DNA of 64,000 nt from Tubulanus polymorphus (GCF_964204645.1 NC_134030.1:9513222-9577221); one strand, 5' to 3'. Shown: positions 27,094-38,675, numbered from the stretch's first letter. The notes: generated by a model not told the origin, from the letters alone. Numbers and translations: made by a program.

Positions 27094-27751
27094 CCTAATT
27101 CAAGTAGAAATTATTATTATTTTAACATTTGGAAAATTTATCAACCTCAACCTCTCAACCTTTGATATAGAACAACTAAACCCCTATTACTCTATCTAAT
27201 AACAAGTCTCATAATTTACAAGCCTCAACACGTTGAGTATTGCGTATTACATGTTGATTCTAGAACAACCCATCTAGAAAACTACATTAGCCAATCACAG
27301 TTGAGTATTACGCTAGCCAATCACAGTTGAGTATTTCCAGCCAATCACAGTTGAATATTCCCTATTACTCTATCCAATCACAGTTGAGTATTTCCAGCCA
27401 ATCACAGTTGAATATTCCCTATTACTCTATCCAATCACAGTTTAGTATTTCCAGCCAATCACAGTTGAGTATTTTACTATTACACTAGCCAATCACAAGC
27501 CTCATAATTTACAAGTCTCAACACGCAGCTGGGTTTCCCCCACTGTTGAGTAGTATAAATAGGCGGGACTCACACGTGGCGGGACGCGTTGAGAGGTAAG
27601 TGTTATGTTCAATTTTAATAAAAAATTTGATATTAAAATGGAAGCAAATAAGTACTACTGTCCAACATGTAATATCAATATAGATAAATCCCAAAAAGCA
27701 AGACACAATAAAACTAAAACACATTTAGAGAATGAATTGAAACTAGAATAT
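27088..27751 (+). repeat. Left TIR (664 bp, truncated at the hairpin apex)
   Basis: Reverse complement of 44356-45019 with few mismatches. Includes the first 49 codons of pPolB. Confidence 0.95.
27289..27601 (+). promoter_or_regulatory. TIR promoter: 8 CCAAT boxes, TATAAATA (27554-27561), two GGCGGGA motifs, CACGTG, ACGCGT, AG|GTAAGT donor (27596); mirrored at ~44506-44818 on the minus strand
   Basis: Eight (g/t)ccaatcaca repeats followed by TATA, ~50 nt upstream of the pPolB ATG. Confidence 0.65.
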
Positions 27752-30700
27752 GAAGATGATATATTAGAAACTAAATTAGATGAATTAAAGAATGAAAAAG
27801 AAACATATAAATGTGATACATGTAATCAATCATTCAGTGATAAAAGATATTATAAAGAACATTTAAAATCTATAAGTCATATTAGAAATAAGAATAATGA
27901 TATTATAGGTGAAGATTATTTTGATAATGATAACGATAAGAAACAGAAGACAATTAAAAGAATAAAAAATAAATTAAACAATAAAAGACCATACATGGAA
28001 GATGTAAGAAATTATATTAATTCATTAGATAATAAAAAAGATATAGAAATAACCGAAGCATTTAAAAGTGATATTGGTCCAGCAGCTATCGAGTTTAAAT
28101 TTCATAAAGGAAAAACATTAGAAGAAAATAAAAAACATTTAGAAAATATGAAAGAAATAATAAAAATAATTACAGATGTTGAATATCCTAAAATTAGTAT
28201 ATCAGTTAAAGTAAAGTTTATAAAATCTGAAGATAAACCAATATATAACATAAATTCTCATTCACAACATATTATATCTAAACAACATATAGATGATAAA
28301 TTAAATAAATGTTATAATGAAATAAAAACTAAAATAGAAGAGAAATATTTTGAAGGATCTGGTTTAATATTTGATGAGATAATATTTATAACTTTACATG
28401 TTTATAACACAAAATATAATAAGTTAACTAAATCAAAACCAATTGATGAAAATAATTTATCATATTATAAAGATGATAGTATAAATGGAACAAGTTATAT
28501 TAAATTACCATTTACAACAAAAGCAGTAATAAATATACAAAATTTTGATAAAAAATGTTTTATATGGGCTATAATAAGTTGTTTACATCCAACAGAAGAT
28601 ATTACACATAGTTTTAGATTAACTCATTATAAACCATTTGAAAATAATTATAAGATAGATAAGTATCCTGTTATAATTAAAGACATCCCAAAGATAGAAA
28701 GAGATAATAATATAAAGATAAATGTATTTGATTTAATCAAATTACCAAATACAAAAGGTAACAACATAAAACATTATACATTGGAACCTTTATATCTATC
28801 AAAAGATTATGATTCAAAGGATGTTATAGATATACTATATTATAGGAATCATTATATGTGGATTAAAAGAATTGATTTATTTTTTAAATCAGAAAATGAT
28901 TTTGATAATAAAATATATCTATGTAGAAAATGTTTACATAAATTCAGAACTGAAAGTGCATTATTAAATCATAAACAATTATGTGAAAATCATGATTATT
29001 GTAAATTAGTTTTACCAAATGAAAAGGATAAAATATTAGAATTCAAAAAACATGATTACAAAAATAAAGTACCATTTGTAATATATGGAGATTTTGAATC
29101 ATTAAATAAAGAATTAACAGATAAAGATAGAAAAGATATATATTATAAAAGAAAGAAATTAAATTCTAATGAAAGTGATTATTCAGAAGAACCACCAAAA
29201 ACAAATACTATTAAAAAGATTCATCAATCAGCTGCAGCTTTCGGGTTATATATTAAATCTGATTATCCAGAACTAACTGAAAGTGAATATTATAATTACA
29301 GAAATGAAAATGTTATCAATCATTTTTGTGACTTATTAATTGAATATGAAATAAGATTTAGTAAATTATTGAATACAAATAAAGAAATAATTATGACAGA
29401 AGAAGATAAAGAAGAATTTGAGTTTTCAGATAAATGTTATTATTGTGAAAAGATATTTAATTATAAAGATAAAAAAGTAAGAGACCATGATCATTTGAAT
29501 GGAAAGTTTAGAGGCGCTGCACATGAGAATTGTAACTTACAAGCTAAGAAAATTAACTTTGTACCGGTTATATTTCATAATCTATCAGGATATGATGCAC
29601 ATTTATTCATCAAACAGTTATGCTATAAAATAGAAGAAATCAATAATGAAATAGAAATATTAAATTCAAATAGATCAAAAGATAAAATACCAACTTATAA
29701 ATTTAGAATGTTAGCTAAAACATCTGAGAATTATATATCATTCCAATTTGGTTGTCTAAGATTTATAGATTCATATAGATTTTTAAATAGTTCATTAGAT
29801 AACTTATCAAAATCATTAGTTGATGATGAATTAAAGATATTAAAGCAACATTACCCAAATAATGATGATTTTCAATTAATGAGATATAAAGGAGCAATTC
29901 CATATTCTTTCTATAAAAATCATAATGATTTTAACATAACTGAATTATTGAAAGAACAATTCTATGATTAATTAAAAAATGAATATGTTAAAGATGAAGT
30001 CTATAATAGAACATTGAATATTTGGAATCATTTCAAAATAGAAAATCATGGACAATTAGTAGATTTATATTTAAAATCAGATGTATTATTATTAACCGAT
30101 ATATTCGAAAGGTTTAGAGATGTAAACCTAAAATATTTCAATATTGATCCTTGTCATTGTTATTCATCACCAGGATTAACATGGGATTGTGGATTAAAAT
30201 TTACAGATATAAAAATGGATTTGTTAACAAATATAGATCAATTATTATTATTTGAAAAATCTATAAGAGGAGGTGTTTCAGGTGTATTGGGTGATAGATA
30301 TTTCAATGTAAATGATAATCCTGGATATAAATTATTATACATAGATGCAAATAATCTTTATGGTTGGGCAATGATGGAACCACAACCTTATGGGATGTTT
30401 GAAATAACTGAAGTTTTACAAATTGATAAATTTGATTGGAAGAAAAGAATCCTAGATATTGCAGATGATTCAGATACTGGTTACTTCTTTGTTGTAGATT
30501 TAGAATACCCTGAAAATATTAAATTCAAATCTAGAAATCTAGCATATTGTCCCGAACATAAAACTGCTAAACATGAAGAATTATCAAATTATCAAAAAAG
30601 AATTAAACCCGATAATCATATTCATACTGAAAAGTTAATGGTAACTCAAGAAGATAAATATAATTACGTTGTGCATTATAGAATGTTGAAGTTTTATTTG

Positions 30701-31669
30701 AGACAAGGAATGATATTAAAAAAAGTACATAGATATATTTCATTCAGTCAATCTAAATGGTTAGAAAAATATATAGATTTTAATACTACACAGAGAACTA
30801 AATCTAAAACTGATTTTGAAAAAGATTACTTTAAACTAATGAACAATGCGTTCTATGGTAAGACTTGTGAAAATATTAGAAATAGAAATGATATTGAGTT
30901 AGTCAGTAATGGTAAAAGGATAAGGCATTTACAATCATATCCTAAGTTTATAGGTAACAGAATATTTGATGAAAATTTAGCAGCAGTTAAGATGAGAAGA
31001 ACATCAATGAAATTTAATAAACCGATTTATGTTGGAGCTGCAGTTTTAGAAATTTCAAAATTATTAATGTATCAATTTTACTATAACGTATTACGACCTC
31101 ATTTTGGAGAAAAGCATATAGAAATCTTATATTTTGATACTGACAGTTACATATTAAAGATAAAAACTGATAACATAACTGATGATTTAAAAACATTAAA
31201 ACACCATTTTGATTTCAGTAACTATCCAAAAAATCATGAATTGTTTACCAATGATAATAAAAAAGTTCCTGGGAAGTTTAAGGATGAATTAGGTGGTGAA
31301 TAAATGATAGAGTTCATAGGTATTAGATCTAAAATGTATAGTTATAAAACTAAAACTCATGAAGCTAAAAAGTTAAAAGGAATTACCAAAAGCGTTGTTG
31401 AAAAGAATATTCATTTTAAAGATTACATCAATTGTATATTTAATGAAGAAGTTAGAAAACATAAAATGAAATGTTTAAGATCTGAAGATCATGAAATGTA
31501 TATTGAAGAGATAGAGAAGATAAGTCTAAACCCATTTGATGATAAAAGATATATTTTAGATGATGGAATTCACACAGTCGCCTATGGTTGCAATTTAGAT
31601 GAATATATAAAATTCAAAAGAGAAGAAACAAAAGAAAATGAGATTATGAAAAGGATTCTAGCGTGTTAA
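27605..31669 (+). pseudogene. polB: Protein-primed family B DNA polymerase (pPolB), one reading frame interrupted by TAA at 29969-29971 and 31301-31303
   Basis: ORFs 27605, 30014 and 31304 are in the same frame. Exonuclease motifs YGDFES, FHNLSGYD, YLKSDV; polymerase motifs YIDANNLYG, KLMNNAFYGK, YFDTDS, KMYSY; endonuclease VII-like CYYC..RDHDH..AHENCN; N-terminal C2H2 fingers. Confidence 0.95.
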
Positions 31670-31697
31670 TCAATTTCAATAAAAATGTGTATAATAA

Positions 31698-32039
31698 ATG
31701 GAGAGCAAACAAGTACACAGTGAATTCTTAGATAGAATTAAAGATACTTCAAGCGTCAAATCTGTAGATTATAAATTTAAAAAACTAACTGAGTTAACAA
31801 TTCACAAGAAGTATTTAATTACTAACATTGAAACAATTACTAATAAATATGGAGATAAATTAGTAATTCATTTAGAATATGAAGGATTAAAAGGAAATAA
31901 ATATAAATTCAGAACTTATTTACCAGATAGATTTCATAGATTATCAAGTGAAGATCTAGAAGAATTATGTTCTGGAGATTTCTATTTCGTATACAAAGGT
32001 AAGAATGAAAAAGGGCACCATGAAATAGATTTCGAATAA
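31698..32039 (+). CDS. Small viral protein, possibly OB-fold/ssDNA-binding
   Basis: 113 aa ORF with TAAATG start and beta-rich pattern (YLITNIETITNKYGDKLVIHL, TYLPDRF). The function is inference only. Confidence 0.6.
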   Translation: MESKQVHSEFLDRIKDTSSVKSVDYKFKKLTELTIHKKYLITNIETITNKYGDKLVIHLEYEGLKGNKYKFRTYLPDRFHRLSSEDLEELCSGDFYFVYKGKNEKGHHEIDFE

Positions 32040-32056
32040 GAAAATATGTAAAATAA

Positions 32057-32818
32057 ATGGTAGAATTAAAAGAATACAGAATATTTGTAGATTCTAGAAA
32101 ACTTACAAATTATAAATCACATAATTTATTAGTACAATTAGATAGAGAATTTAAGAATTGTGTAGATTTAAAATTAGTTAATATAAGTTTATGTAATTCT
32201 TTTTATAATATATCGAATAAAACTATTGAACATAGAGCTTTTTTAATTTTTAATAAAAATAAAAATGAATGGGTCTATATATATTTAAAACCGGGGTTAT
32301 ATAATTTAGATACATTAGCACAAGAAATTAATAGAAAAGCCTGGCACAAATTAGGTAGTAGTTCTGGGTTTAGTATTAGATTTTTAAAAAGTGAGAGTTC
32401 TGATAGAATAAAGATAAGGTTGTCTAATAGTGAAAAACATAAATTTATGGTAAAAAAACCTATAGCTAAACTGTTAGGAATTCTTCCAGATAGATCTTTT
32501 ACAAATATTGACGCTACTACACCAAACTTAATACCTTACACACATTTTTATATTTATTGCAATTTAATTGATCCTACAAAAACATTCGAAGCAACTAAAG
32601 ATATAACTTGTAATTCTGGTTTACTAAACATTTTACCATTGAAGAATGTTAAAGAATTTGGAACGCAAATAAATTATAATTTAACAGAATGTGATTTCAA
32701 ACCATGCATTCCTCGTTTTAATAATTTTAGATTAGAAATTAGAAATCATAATGGATACTTAATTGATTTAAATAATTTCCCTGTAATTTATGAATTAGTT
32801 ATAAGATGTAGAGAGTAA
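32057..32818 (+). CDS. Minor capsid protein (penton, single jelly roll)
   Basis: 253 aa; NSFYNI, LKPGLYN, FYIYCNLID, LLNILPL and IRNHNGYLIDLNNFPV match the Polinton penton pattern. Confidence 0.8.
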   Translation: MVELKEYRIFVDSRKLTNYKSHNLLVQLDREFKNCVDLKLVNISLCNSFYNISNKTIEHRAFLIFNKNKNEWVYIYLKPGLYNLDTLAQEINRKAWHKLGSSSGFSIRFLKSESSDRIKIRLSNSEKHKFMVKKPIAKLLGILPDRSFTNIDATTPNLIPYTHFYIYCNLIDPTKTFEATKDITCNSGLLNILPLKNVKEFGTQINYNLTECDFKPCIPRFNNFRLEIRNHNGYLIDLNNFPVIYELVIRCRE

Positions 32819-32835
32819 TTTTTTTCACTATATAA

Positions 32836-33177
32836 ATGAATATAACTGTTGGCCCGAGTATATGTTTTGGGTTTGATTTTAAACATGGTAAAGAAATGAG
32901 AATTAAACTAAATGATGTAATTACTGATATAAAAAGTAAATTATTTAACAATGCGTCAATGATTGATAAAGAAAAGTATAATATAGAAAAAGTAATTGAT
33001 TTAATTAAATCACCTTTAGAATATTATGAATTAAATGAAGATGGAATTATTGATGATATTAAAAACATATTATCCAAAATATATGATAATCATAAAACTA
33101 GTAATGAAATAAATGTTGAAATAATCATAAATAAGTTAACTAAATATTTTGAAGATAGTAAATTTTTTGATAAATAA
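32836..33177 (+). CDS. Hypothetical viral protein
   Basis: 113 aa ORF with T-run + TAAATG start, tightly packed in the gene array. Confidence 0.7.
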   Translation: MNITVGPSICFGFDFKHGKEMRIKLNDVITDIKSKLFNNASMIDKEKYNIEKVIDLIKSPLEYYELNEDGIIDDIKNILSKIYDNHKTSNEINVEIIINKLTKYFEDSKFFDK

Positions 33178-33399
33178 ATGAGTGATAATAAGTGGATAAT
33201 AACTGGATTATATAATGGCGCCTTACTATCAGTTGGAACGGTTGGTTATTCAATGGTATTAAAAAAAGTATTCAAAATGGGAAGTGTTAATGTTGATAGA
33301 TTTGATATCAATGATATTTTAAAGTTAACATTAGCGGTTACTTTATCTAATTTAACTATTGATTATTTGGAAAAACAAAAATATATTCCTCCCATATAA
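33178..33399 (+). CDS. Small hydrophobic (two-helix) viral protein
   Basis: 73 aa, two hydrophobic segments, TAAATG start abutting the previous stop. Confidence 0.7.
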   Translation: MSDNKWIITGLYNGALLSVGTVGYSMVLKKVFKMGSVNVDRFDINDILKLTLAVTLSNLTIDYLEKQKYIPPI

Positions 33400-33423
33400 A
33401 TGCATAATTTTTTTGCTAAATAA

Positions 33424-33846
33424 ATGGCTTCTGCAATTATAACTATTATAGGATCGGCAATTGTTAACGCTTTAGCATTTACTGGTGGTGGTTATTTATT
33501 TAAACATATTGATAAAAATAGTTCATTAGGAGAACAAAGAAGACATAACTTAGCGTTAGAGAAATATAATAAAGCTGCAGAAGAATATAGAGAAAAGAGA
33601 CAAAACTATATGGATTATATTAACAAGGAATTATATGATCAGAAGATTTCACACAGAGATTTTCAATCAGTTGATGATGCAATGAGTTTATATAACGCAG
33701 TAACAAATAAAGAAAAATTACATCTATACAAACCTAAATTATCAGATTATTATACCCCAAGTAAAGAACAACAGAAATATGAAATAATATGGATTTTAGG
33801 TGGAACAGTTATTGTTATATTTGTTGCTTATAAGTTTACTAATTAG
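33424..33846 (+). CDS. Viral membrane-associated protein
   Basis: 140 aa; hydrophobic N-terminus (IVNALAFTGGGYLF), coiled coil (RRHNLALEK), C-terminal TM helix. Confidence 0.75.
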   Translation: MASAIITIIGSAIVNALAFTGGGYLFKHIDKNSSLGEQRRHNLALEKYNKAAEEYREKRQNYMDYINKELYDQKISHRDFQSVDDAMSLYNAVTNKEKLHLYKPKLSDYYTPSKEQQKYEIIWILGGTVIVIFVAYKFTN

Positions 33847-33865
33847 TAATTTTTTTTCTAAATGA

Positions 33866-34300
33866 ATGGAAGATAAAGTTGATAGTATTGATATTATTCC
33901 TCATGATATAAATAAAACTAAATTAAAAACATATTTAGAAAAACAAATATTAGAATTTGAAAGTGACTTAAAGATAAAAAAGAAAAAATATTTAAAAAGT
34001 AAAATTATATATTATTTGATTATAAGTGGTTCGGTTACAATTAGTTCTGTAATAACATTTTTAGCAATATTCAGCCCATTAACACCTTTAGCTATATCAA
34101 TTGGTGTATTAGGATTAAGTTCAAGTGTTTTAACTGGTATAAGTTCAAAATTAAATATAAAAAGTAATAAAGAAAAAATCAAAACTAATATAAAAGAAAT
34201 TAATAAATTAAAGAACACACTAGATTATATAATAAGCTTAAATGGTCATATAACAGTTGAAGAACAAGATAAATTATTAAAAGAATTAATAAATTATTAA
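33866..34300 (+). CDS. Viral coiled-coil protein with two TM helices
   Basis: 144 aa; central hydrophobic hairpin flanked by Lys-rich coiled coils. Confidence 0.7.
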   Translation: MEDKVDSIDIIPHDINKTKLKTYLEKQILEFESDLKIKKKKYLKSKIIYYLIISGSVTISSVITFLAIFSPLTPLAISIGVLGLSSSVLTGISSKLNIKSNKEKIKTNIKEINKLKNTLDYIISLNGHITVEEQDKLLKELINY

Positions 34301-34316
34301 TTTTTTAGTTATATAA

Positions 34317-35618
34317 ATGGGGTTTCCAAAAGCTTTCCAATATAATAAATCAATTAAATATAATATTCCGGCAATAGATTTTAAGAAAAATATTACATAT
34401 AAAAATATAGTTTTAAATTCATTAACTAATTTAGAAATTTATGTTAATGAATCACAGTTTTTTATTTCTAAAATGGAAAATATATTTAATACATATGAAG
34501 TTACTTTTACTCGAGATGAATATCATATATATAAAGTAAAATCTAATATGAAATATTGGCAGAATCAATTAAATTTTGCTGTTTATTGTGCAACAACAGG
34601 ATGTGGAATTAGTTGGAATGATCATTTAAATAACTTAGATAAAAATTTGAAGTATTCTGATTTAAAATTAATTCACACAATATTTAGATTTCACACATAT
34701 TTTCAAATCAGAATAATATTAAATGAATTAGAATGTCCTTTACCCGGGTCTAAATATTTTAAAGAATTGGATAATAATATTAATATATCCAAGTTTTATA
34801 AAATATGTAATGAATTTAATATAAATATTAATTCCGATTTTAGAGCGCATGGTAAATTGCAAGGTGTTGGTGAAGAGTATGAAATAAAAAGAATTGATTA
34901 TATGCATAGAATTGGAGCTTATCATAATTATAAAATTGATAATAATAATGGTTGGGTTAATTTCATTTAAGAAAATGGTGAAGGTTTTACAAAATCAGGT
35001 ATACAAAGAATAAATCAATCTATTAGAATTTATTTGATATGTATTTTAGGCGCTCAAGTTGAAACAAGATCCCCAATAATTGGAAATGATAACACTTCAT
35101 TCGATGCGCAGAAACAGTTTAAAGTTTTATTTGAAGATTCCATACATAATGATAAAAATAGATCGATTCCAGAAAACATTATAAGATATCAAAATTATTT
35201 AGATAAATCTCATGTAAGACTTAATTATTGTATAGGCCCTAATCTATTAATTATTTCTAATGATTTAGTATTAAAAATGGGAAACATAATTGGTTATAAT
35301 AATTTAATTAAAACTGCAACAATAAATAATTCATTTGGATTAAATGATATAAATAAAAAGATTATTACTGCTCCAAAATTAATGGAAGGTGAAAAAAATA
35401 AAAAACATATTCAATCAACAGAAACTAAAACTAAGAATATTAAATTAAATAATGATTCCAAAATAAAAGATTACAATACTACAGAAAATAATAGAACTGA
35501 TAAAATTCAACATGATATAATTAAACTAAATGATGATAATAAATCCCATGAAAATACTAAATTAGCTATAACTTGTATAGGAATTGTAATCGGAGGAATA
35601 TTATATTTTAAATTTTAA
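34317..35618 (+). pseudogene. Conserved Polinton protein with C-terminal TM anchor, interrupted by an in-frame TAA at 34968-34970
   Basis: ORFs 34317 and 35034 are in the same frame and the gap reads open (ENGEGFTKSGIQRINQSIR). Motifs WQNQLNFAVYCATTGCG and FDAQKQF. Confidence 0.8.
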
Positions 35619-35635
35619 TTTTTTTTATTATGTAA

Positions 35636-37351
35636 ATGGATGTAGAAGGTGGAGAAGATTATGAAATGGGAGAAATGGGAAATAATAATGAAGGATATAT
35701 TGATAATGATTATAATGATGCAGAAACTAATATTGATAATGATGATGAATCAGCATATAATACTAATTTAGGTGAAGATGATGATTATGATGATGATGAT
35801 GATGATGATGATCCCGAATTACGTGAAAAATTAAATAAATATTTAAAAGCTCCTGAAATTGGTAGAATTTCAACTAGAAGAGAAAGAAAAGAATTTATGG
35901 AACTATTAGTAAAACAACAAGAAAAAAATCCTGATAAACCTATGGAATTATTTAAAATGAAATCTAGAGTAACAGATACAATTGTTAACGAATTATTACC
36001 AACAGTTGTAATAGATGAAATTGATTCAGAAGGTGTTGTAGAACAAATTTCTAAAGATGACCCATATTTCACAAATAATTTAGAATTTAAAAATGATTCA
36101 TGGTATTATAATGTTAATTTAAATAACAAAATTGTATCAATTCAATTATCTAAAATGGGTCAAGAAAATATTTTTGAACCTGAAATGCGAGCAACATCTA
36201 CAATTGAAAATTCAAAAGGTGGTAGAGAATTTCTCAGAATTATATGGAATGCACTCGATAGAATAAATGAAGAAGAACCAATTCCGAATATTGATATAAA
36301 CAAATATTCACCATTTAAAAATCCAAATCCTACTGATTTTGATCCAGAAATGGAAGAGAATAGAAATCGATTAGATAGATTAAGATCTTCAACACCTGAA
36401 ACATCGAGAAGAGACACTCAACCAATTGATAATTATTCAAGTCAATTACAATTAGAAAAACAAATTGATAGATTAAGAGATTCAGAAGAACTGATGAATA
36501 GTATATCAGATACATCTGGTTCTGAAACTGGAATAAATCGACTGCAATATTTACTAGAAAAAGGATTTCTTAATTTAACTGATGAAGAATTAGAAGCATT
36601 TCCTGAACAAATACGTAGAGAAATTAAAGGTATACAAGTATCAGCTGATGAAATTGCTAATATTAAGATGAGATTTTCTAAAATAACCATGTTAGAAAAA
36701 GAATTAACTAATGCAGATGAAGAATTAAAACAATTAGAATTAAATAGAGATCATCAAGTAGTTTATGAAGCTGATTTTGAAAGCAGAAAGTTAGCTTTAG
36801 TAAAAGAAATAGATGATTTAGAATATAACATAAAATTACAAAAAGAAGAAAGAGATATATTATTAAAATCATATGATCTTAATCATATTAAAAAATTAAA
36901 AGTTATTTTTAAAGATTTGTTGATAAAACCAGATTCTGAAATATCATTAAAAGACAGAATAAAGTTATTATCTAAATTAGAAGGAATAACAGTTCTTTCA
37001 ATTCTAACATCTGTAACTATGTTATTTACAACAATTGGTTTAGCTATATCAAATGCTTTGAAATCTACTCCTACTCCAACTCCAAATAAACCAGATAAAC
37101 CCCCAAGCAATAATTCTATACAAGATAAAGTTAAAGATGGTTTAAAGAAATTAGCAAAATATTTATGGGAACTATCTAAAAAATCTGCTGCAGCTTTACC
37201 AGGAGTTATTGCTTCAATTGTTGGTTTTATATTGAAATCTGCAGGAAACATTATTAACTTTGCTGCCGAACATATTATTTTATTTTTAATTACAGTTGTA
37301 AGTGCTATTATTTTTGGTTTAGTAAATATGATATCAAAAAATATCAAGTAA
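35636..37351 (+). CDS. Large viral protein: acidic N-terminus, coiled coil, C-terminal hydrophobic/amphipathic helices (putative membrane-active)
   Basis: 571 aa; poly-Asp, heptad region, EGITVLSILTSV...AALPGVIASIVGFIL...ILFLITVVSAIIFGLV. Confidence 0.8.
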   Translation: MDVEGGEDYEMGEMGNNNEGYIDNDYNDAETNIDNDDESAYNTNLGEDDDYDDDDDDDDPELREKLNKYLKAPEIGRISTRRERKEFMELLVKQQEKNPDKPMELFKMKSRVTDTIVNELLPTVVIDEIDSEGVVEQISKDDPYFTNNLEFKNDSWYYNVNLNNKIVSIQLSKMGQENIFEPEMRATSTIENSKGGREFLRIIWNALDRINEEEPIPNIDINKYSPFKNPNPTDFDPEMEENRNRLDRLRSSTPETSRRDTQPIDNYSSQLQLEKQIDRLRDSEELMNSISDTSGSETGINRLQYLLEKGFLNLTDEELEAFPEQIRREIKGIQVSADEIANIKMRFSKITMLEKELTNADEELKQLELNRDHQVVYEADFESRKLALVKEIDDLEYNIKLQKEERDILLKSYDLNHIKKLKVIFKDLLIKPDSEISLKDRIKLLSKLEGITVLSILTSVTMLFTTIGLAISNALKSTPTPTPNKPDKPPSNNSIQDKVKDGLKKLAKYLWELSKKSAAALPGVIASIVGFILKSAGNIINFAAEHIILFLITVVSAIIFGLVNMISKNIK

Positions 37352-37395
37352 ACCATGATATCAAAAAATAAATAATTAATTTTTTTGTTAAATAA

Positions 37396-38643
37396 ATGAG
37401 TGGGAGTTATATCAATCCTTCTAAGAATCATAGAATATCTAATGCTATTAAAGCAGAAAGATCACATCATATAATTACTCATAACCCTTCAAATATTAAT
37501 CCCGATGAAACTTTATACGTTAGAATCCCTCGATTAACACAAAATACTTTTTATGTTCCAAATAGTATTTATTTATCAGCCGATATAAAAGTAACCGGTA
37601 ATAATAATAATTATGTTGTCGATAATGTTGGAAGATATTTGATTAAAAAGTTAACTATAAAGATTGGTCCAGAAACAGTTTTCTCATTAGATGATTATAA
37701 TTTATTTTCACATTATAAAGATTTATGGTTAACTAAAGAAAATAGAAATAATATGATATTTCAAGGAATTCAATCAGAAAACCAAAATAAATTAAGATCA
37801 GAAGCTAATAGCGCAATATTAACAAATGATGTAGATAAATTGATAAAAAGTATATATGGAAGCAAGTATAAAATTCCATTAGACTTTGAATTAATAAATA
37901 ATAATGCACCTTTATATAAATACGCAATTCAAGAAGATATTATATTTGAGATAACATTTGCTCCTGTAAATGAAATTGTATTATCTAGCGTTAATAAAGA
38001 TATGAGTTATAAATTATCGAATATATGTTTAGAATATGATACAGTAACTGATGAAAATATTTCAAGTATAATTCAAACTCAATACAATCAAGGATTTTCA
38101 TTATTATATGATTATATTGATAAATTTAAAACTGTAACTATTAATGCAAATGATGAAATAATAAATGAGAATATTAACTTTCCTAGAAGATCTATTAAAG
38201 GTATATTAATATTTTTTACCATTGGAACGTATACTAATGGCGCAATAAATGTTGACAATTATTATAATCCTGAAATAACAAAAGTAGAAATAACTATCGA
38301 AGGTATAGCGAATAAAATATTTTGTCAAGGAATGAGAATGATTGATCAATGGGTAGAAATTAAAAAACATTTTATGAATGAAAAAATAAAATCATTTGAA
38401 AATTGTAATATTAATCAAATTGACTATTATACCGGTAATAAATATGCATTATGGTTAGATTTTAGAACAACTGAAGATAATTCATTACATGGTTCTGGGA
38501 AAAAACTACAGAACACTAAAGATGGAATACAATTATTCATGACAAAGAAAAAGGGAATCAAAAATTTTAAAATGCACATTTATATTATATCTGACGCGCA
38601 ATTAAATATTGTAAATTCACAATTAGATAGTGTTATGTATTAA
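37396..38643 (+). CDS. Major capsid protein (double jelly roll)
   Basis: 415 aa; THNPSNINPDETLYVRIPRL, YKIPLDF, YKLSNICLEYD, PRRSIKGILIFF, YNPEITKVEITIEG and YALWLDFRT..LHGSG match Polinton MCPs. Confidence 0.85.
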   Translation: MSGSYINPSKNHRISNAIKAERSHHIITHNPSNINPDETLYVRIPRLTQNTFYVPNSIYLSADIKVTGNNNNYVVDNVGRYLIKKLTIKIGPETVFSLDDYNLFSHYKDLWLTKENRNNMIFQGIQSENQNKLRSEANSAILTNDVDKLIKSIYGSKYKIPLDFELINNNAPLYKYAIQEDIIFEITFAPVNEIVLSSVNKDMSYKLSNICLEYDTVTDENISSIIQTQYNQGFSLLYDYIDKFKTVTINANDEIINENINFPRRSIKGILIFFTIGTYTNGAINVDNYYNPEITKVEITIEGIANKIFCQGMRMIDQWVEIKKHFMNEKIKSFENCNINQIDYYTGNKYALWLDFRTTEDNSLHGSGKKLQNTKDGIQLFMTKKKGIKNFKMHIYIISDAQLNIVNSQLDSVMY

Positions 38644-38675
38644 AATTTTAACTTTAATAAAAATATATATAATAA

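Noticed and set aside
27605-35618. Alternative genetic code with TAA reassigned
   Set aside because: Most viral ORFs terminate at TAA, and only three internal TAAs occur in ~15 kb of coding sequence.
35785-37431. Antisense ORFs inside viral genes (also 34012, 34740, 42420, 27518, 44383)
   Set aside because: Shadow frames of AT-rich coding sequence, lacking the TAAATG start and any domain motif.
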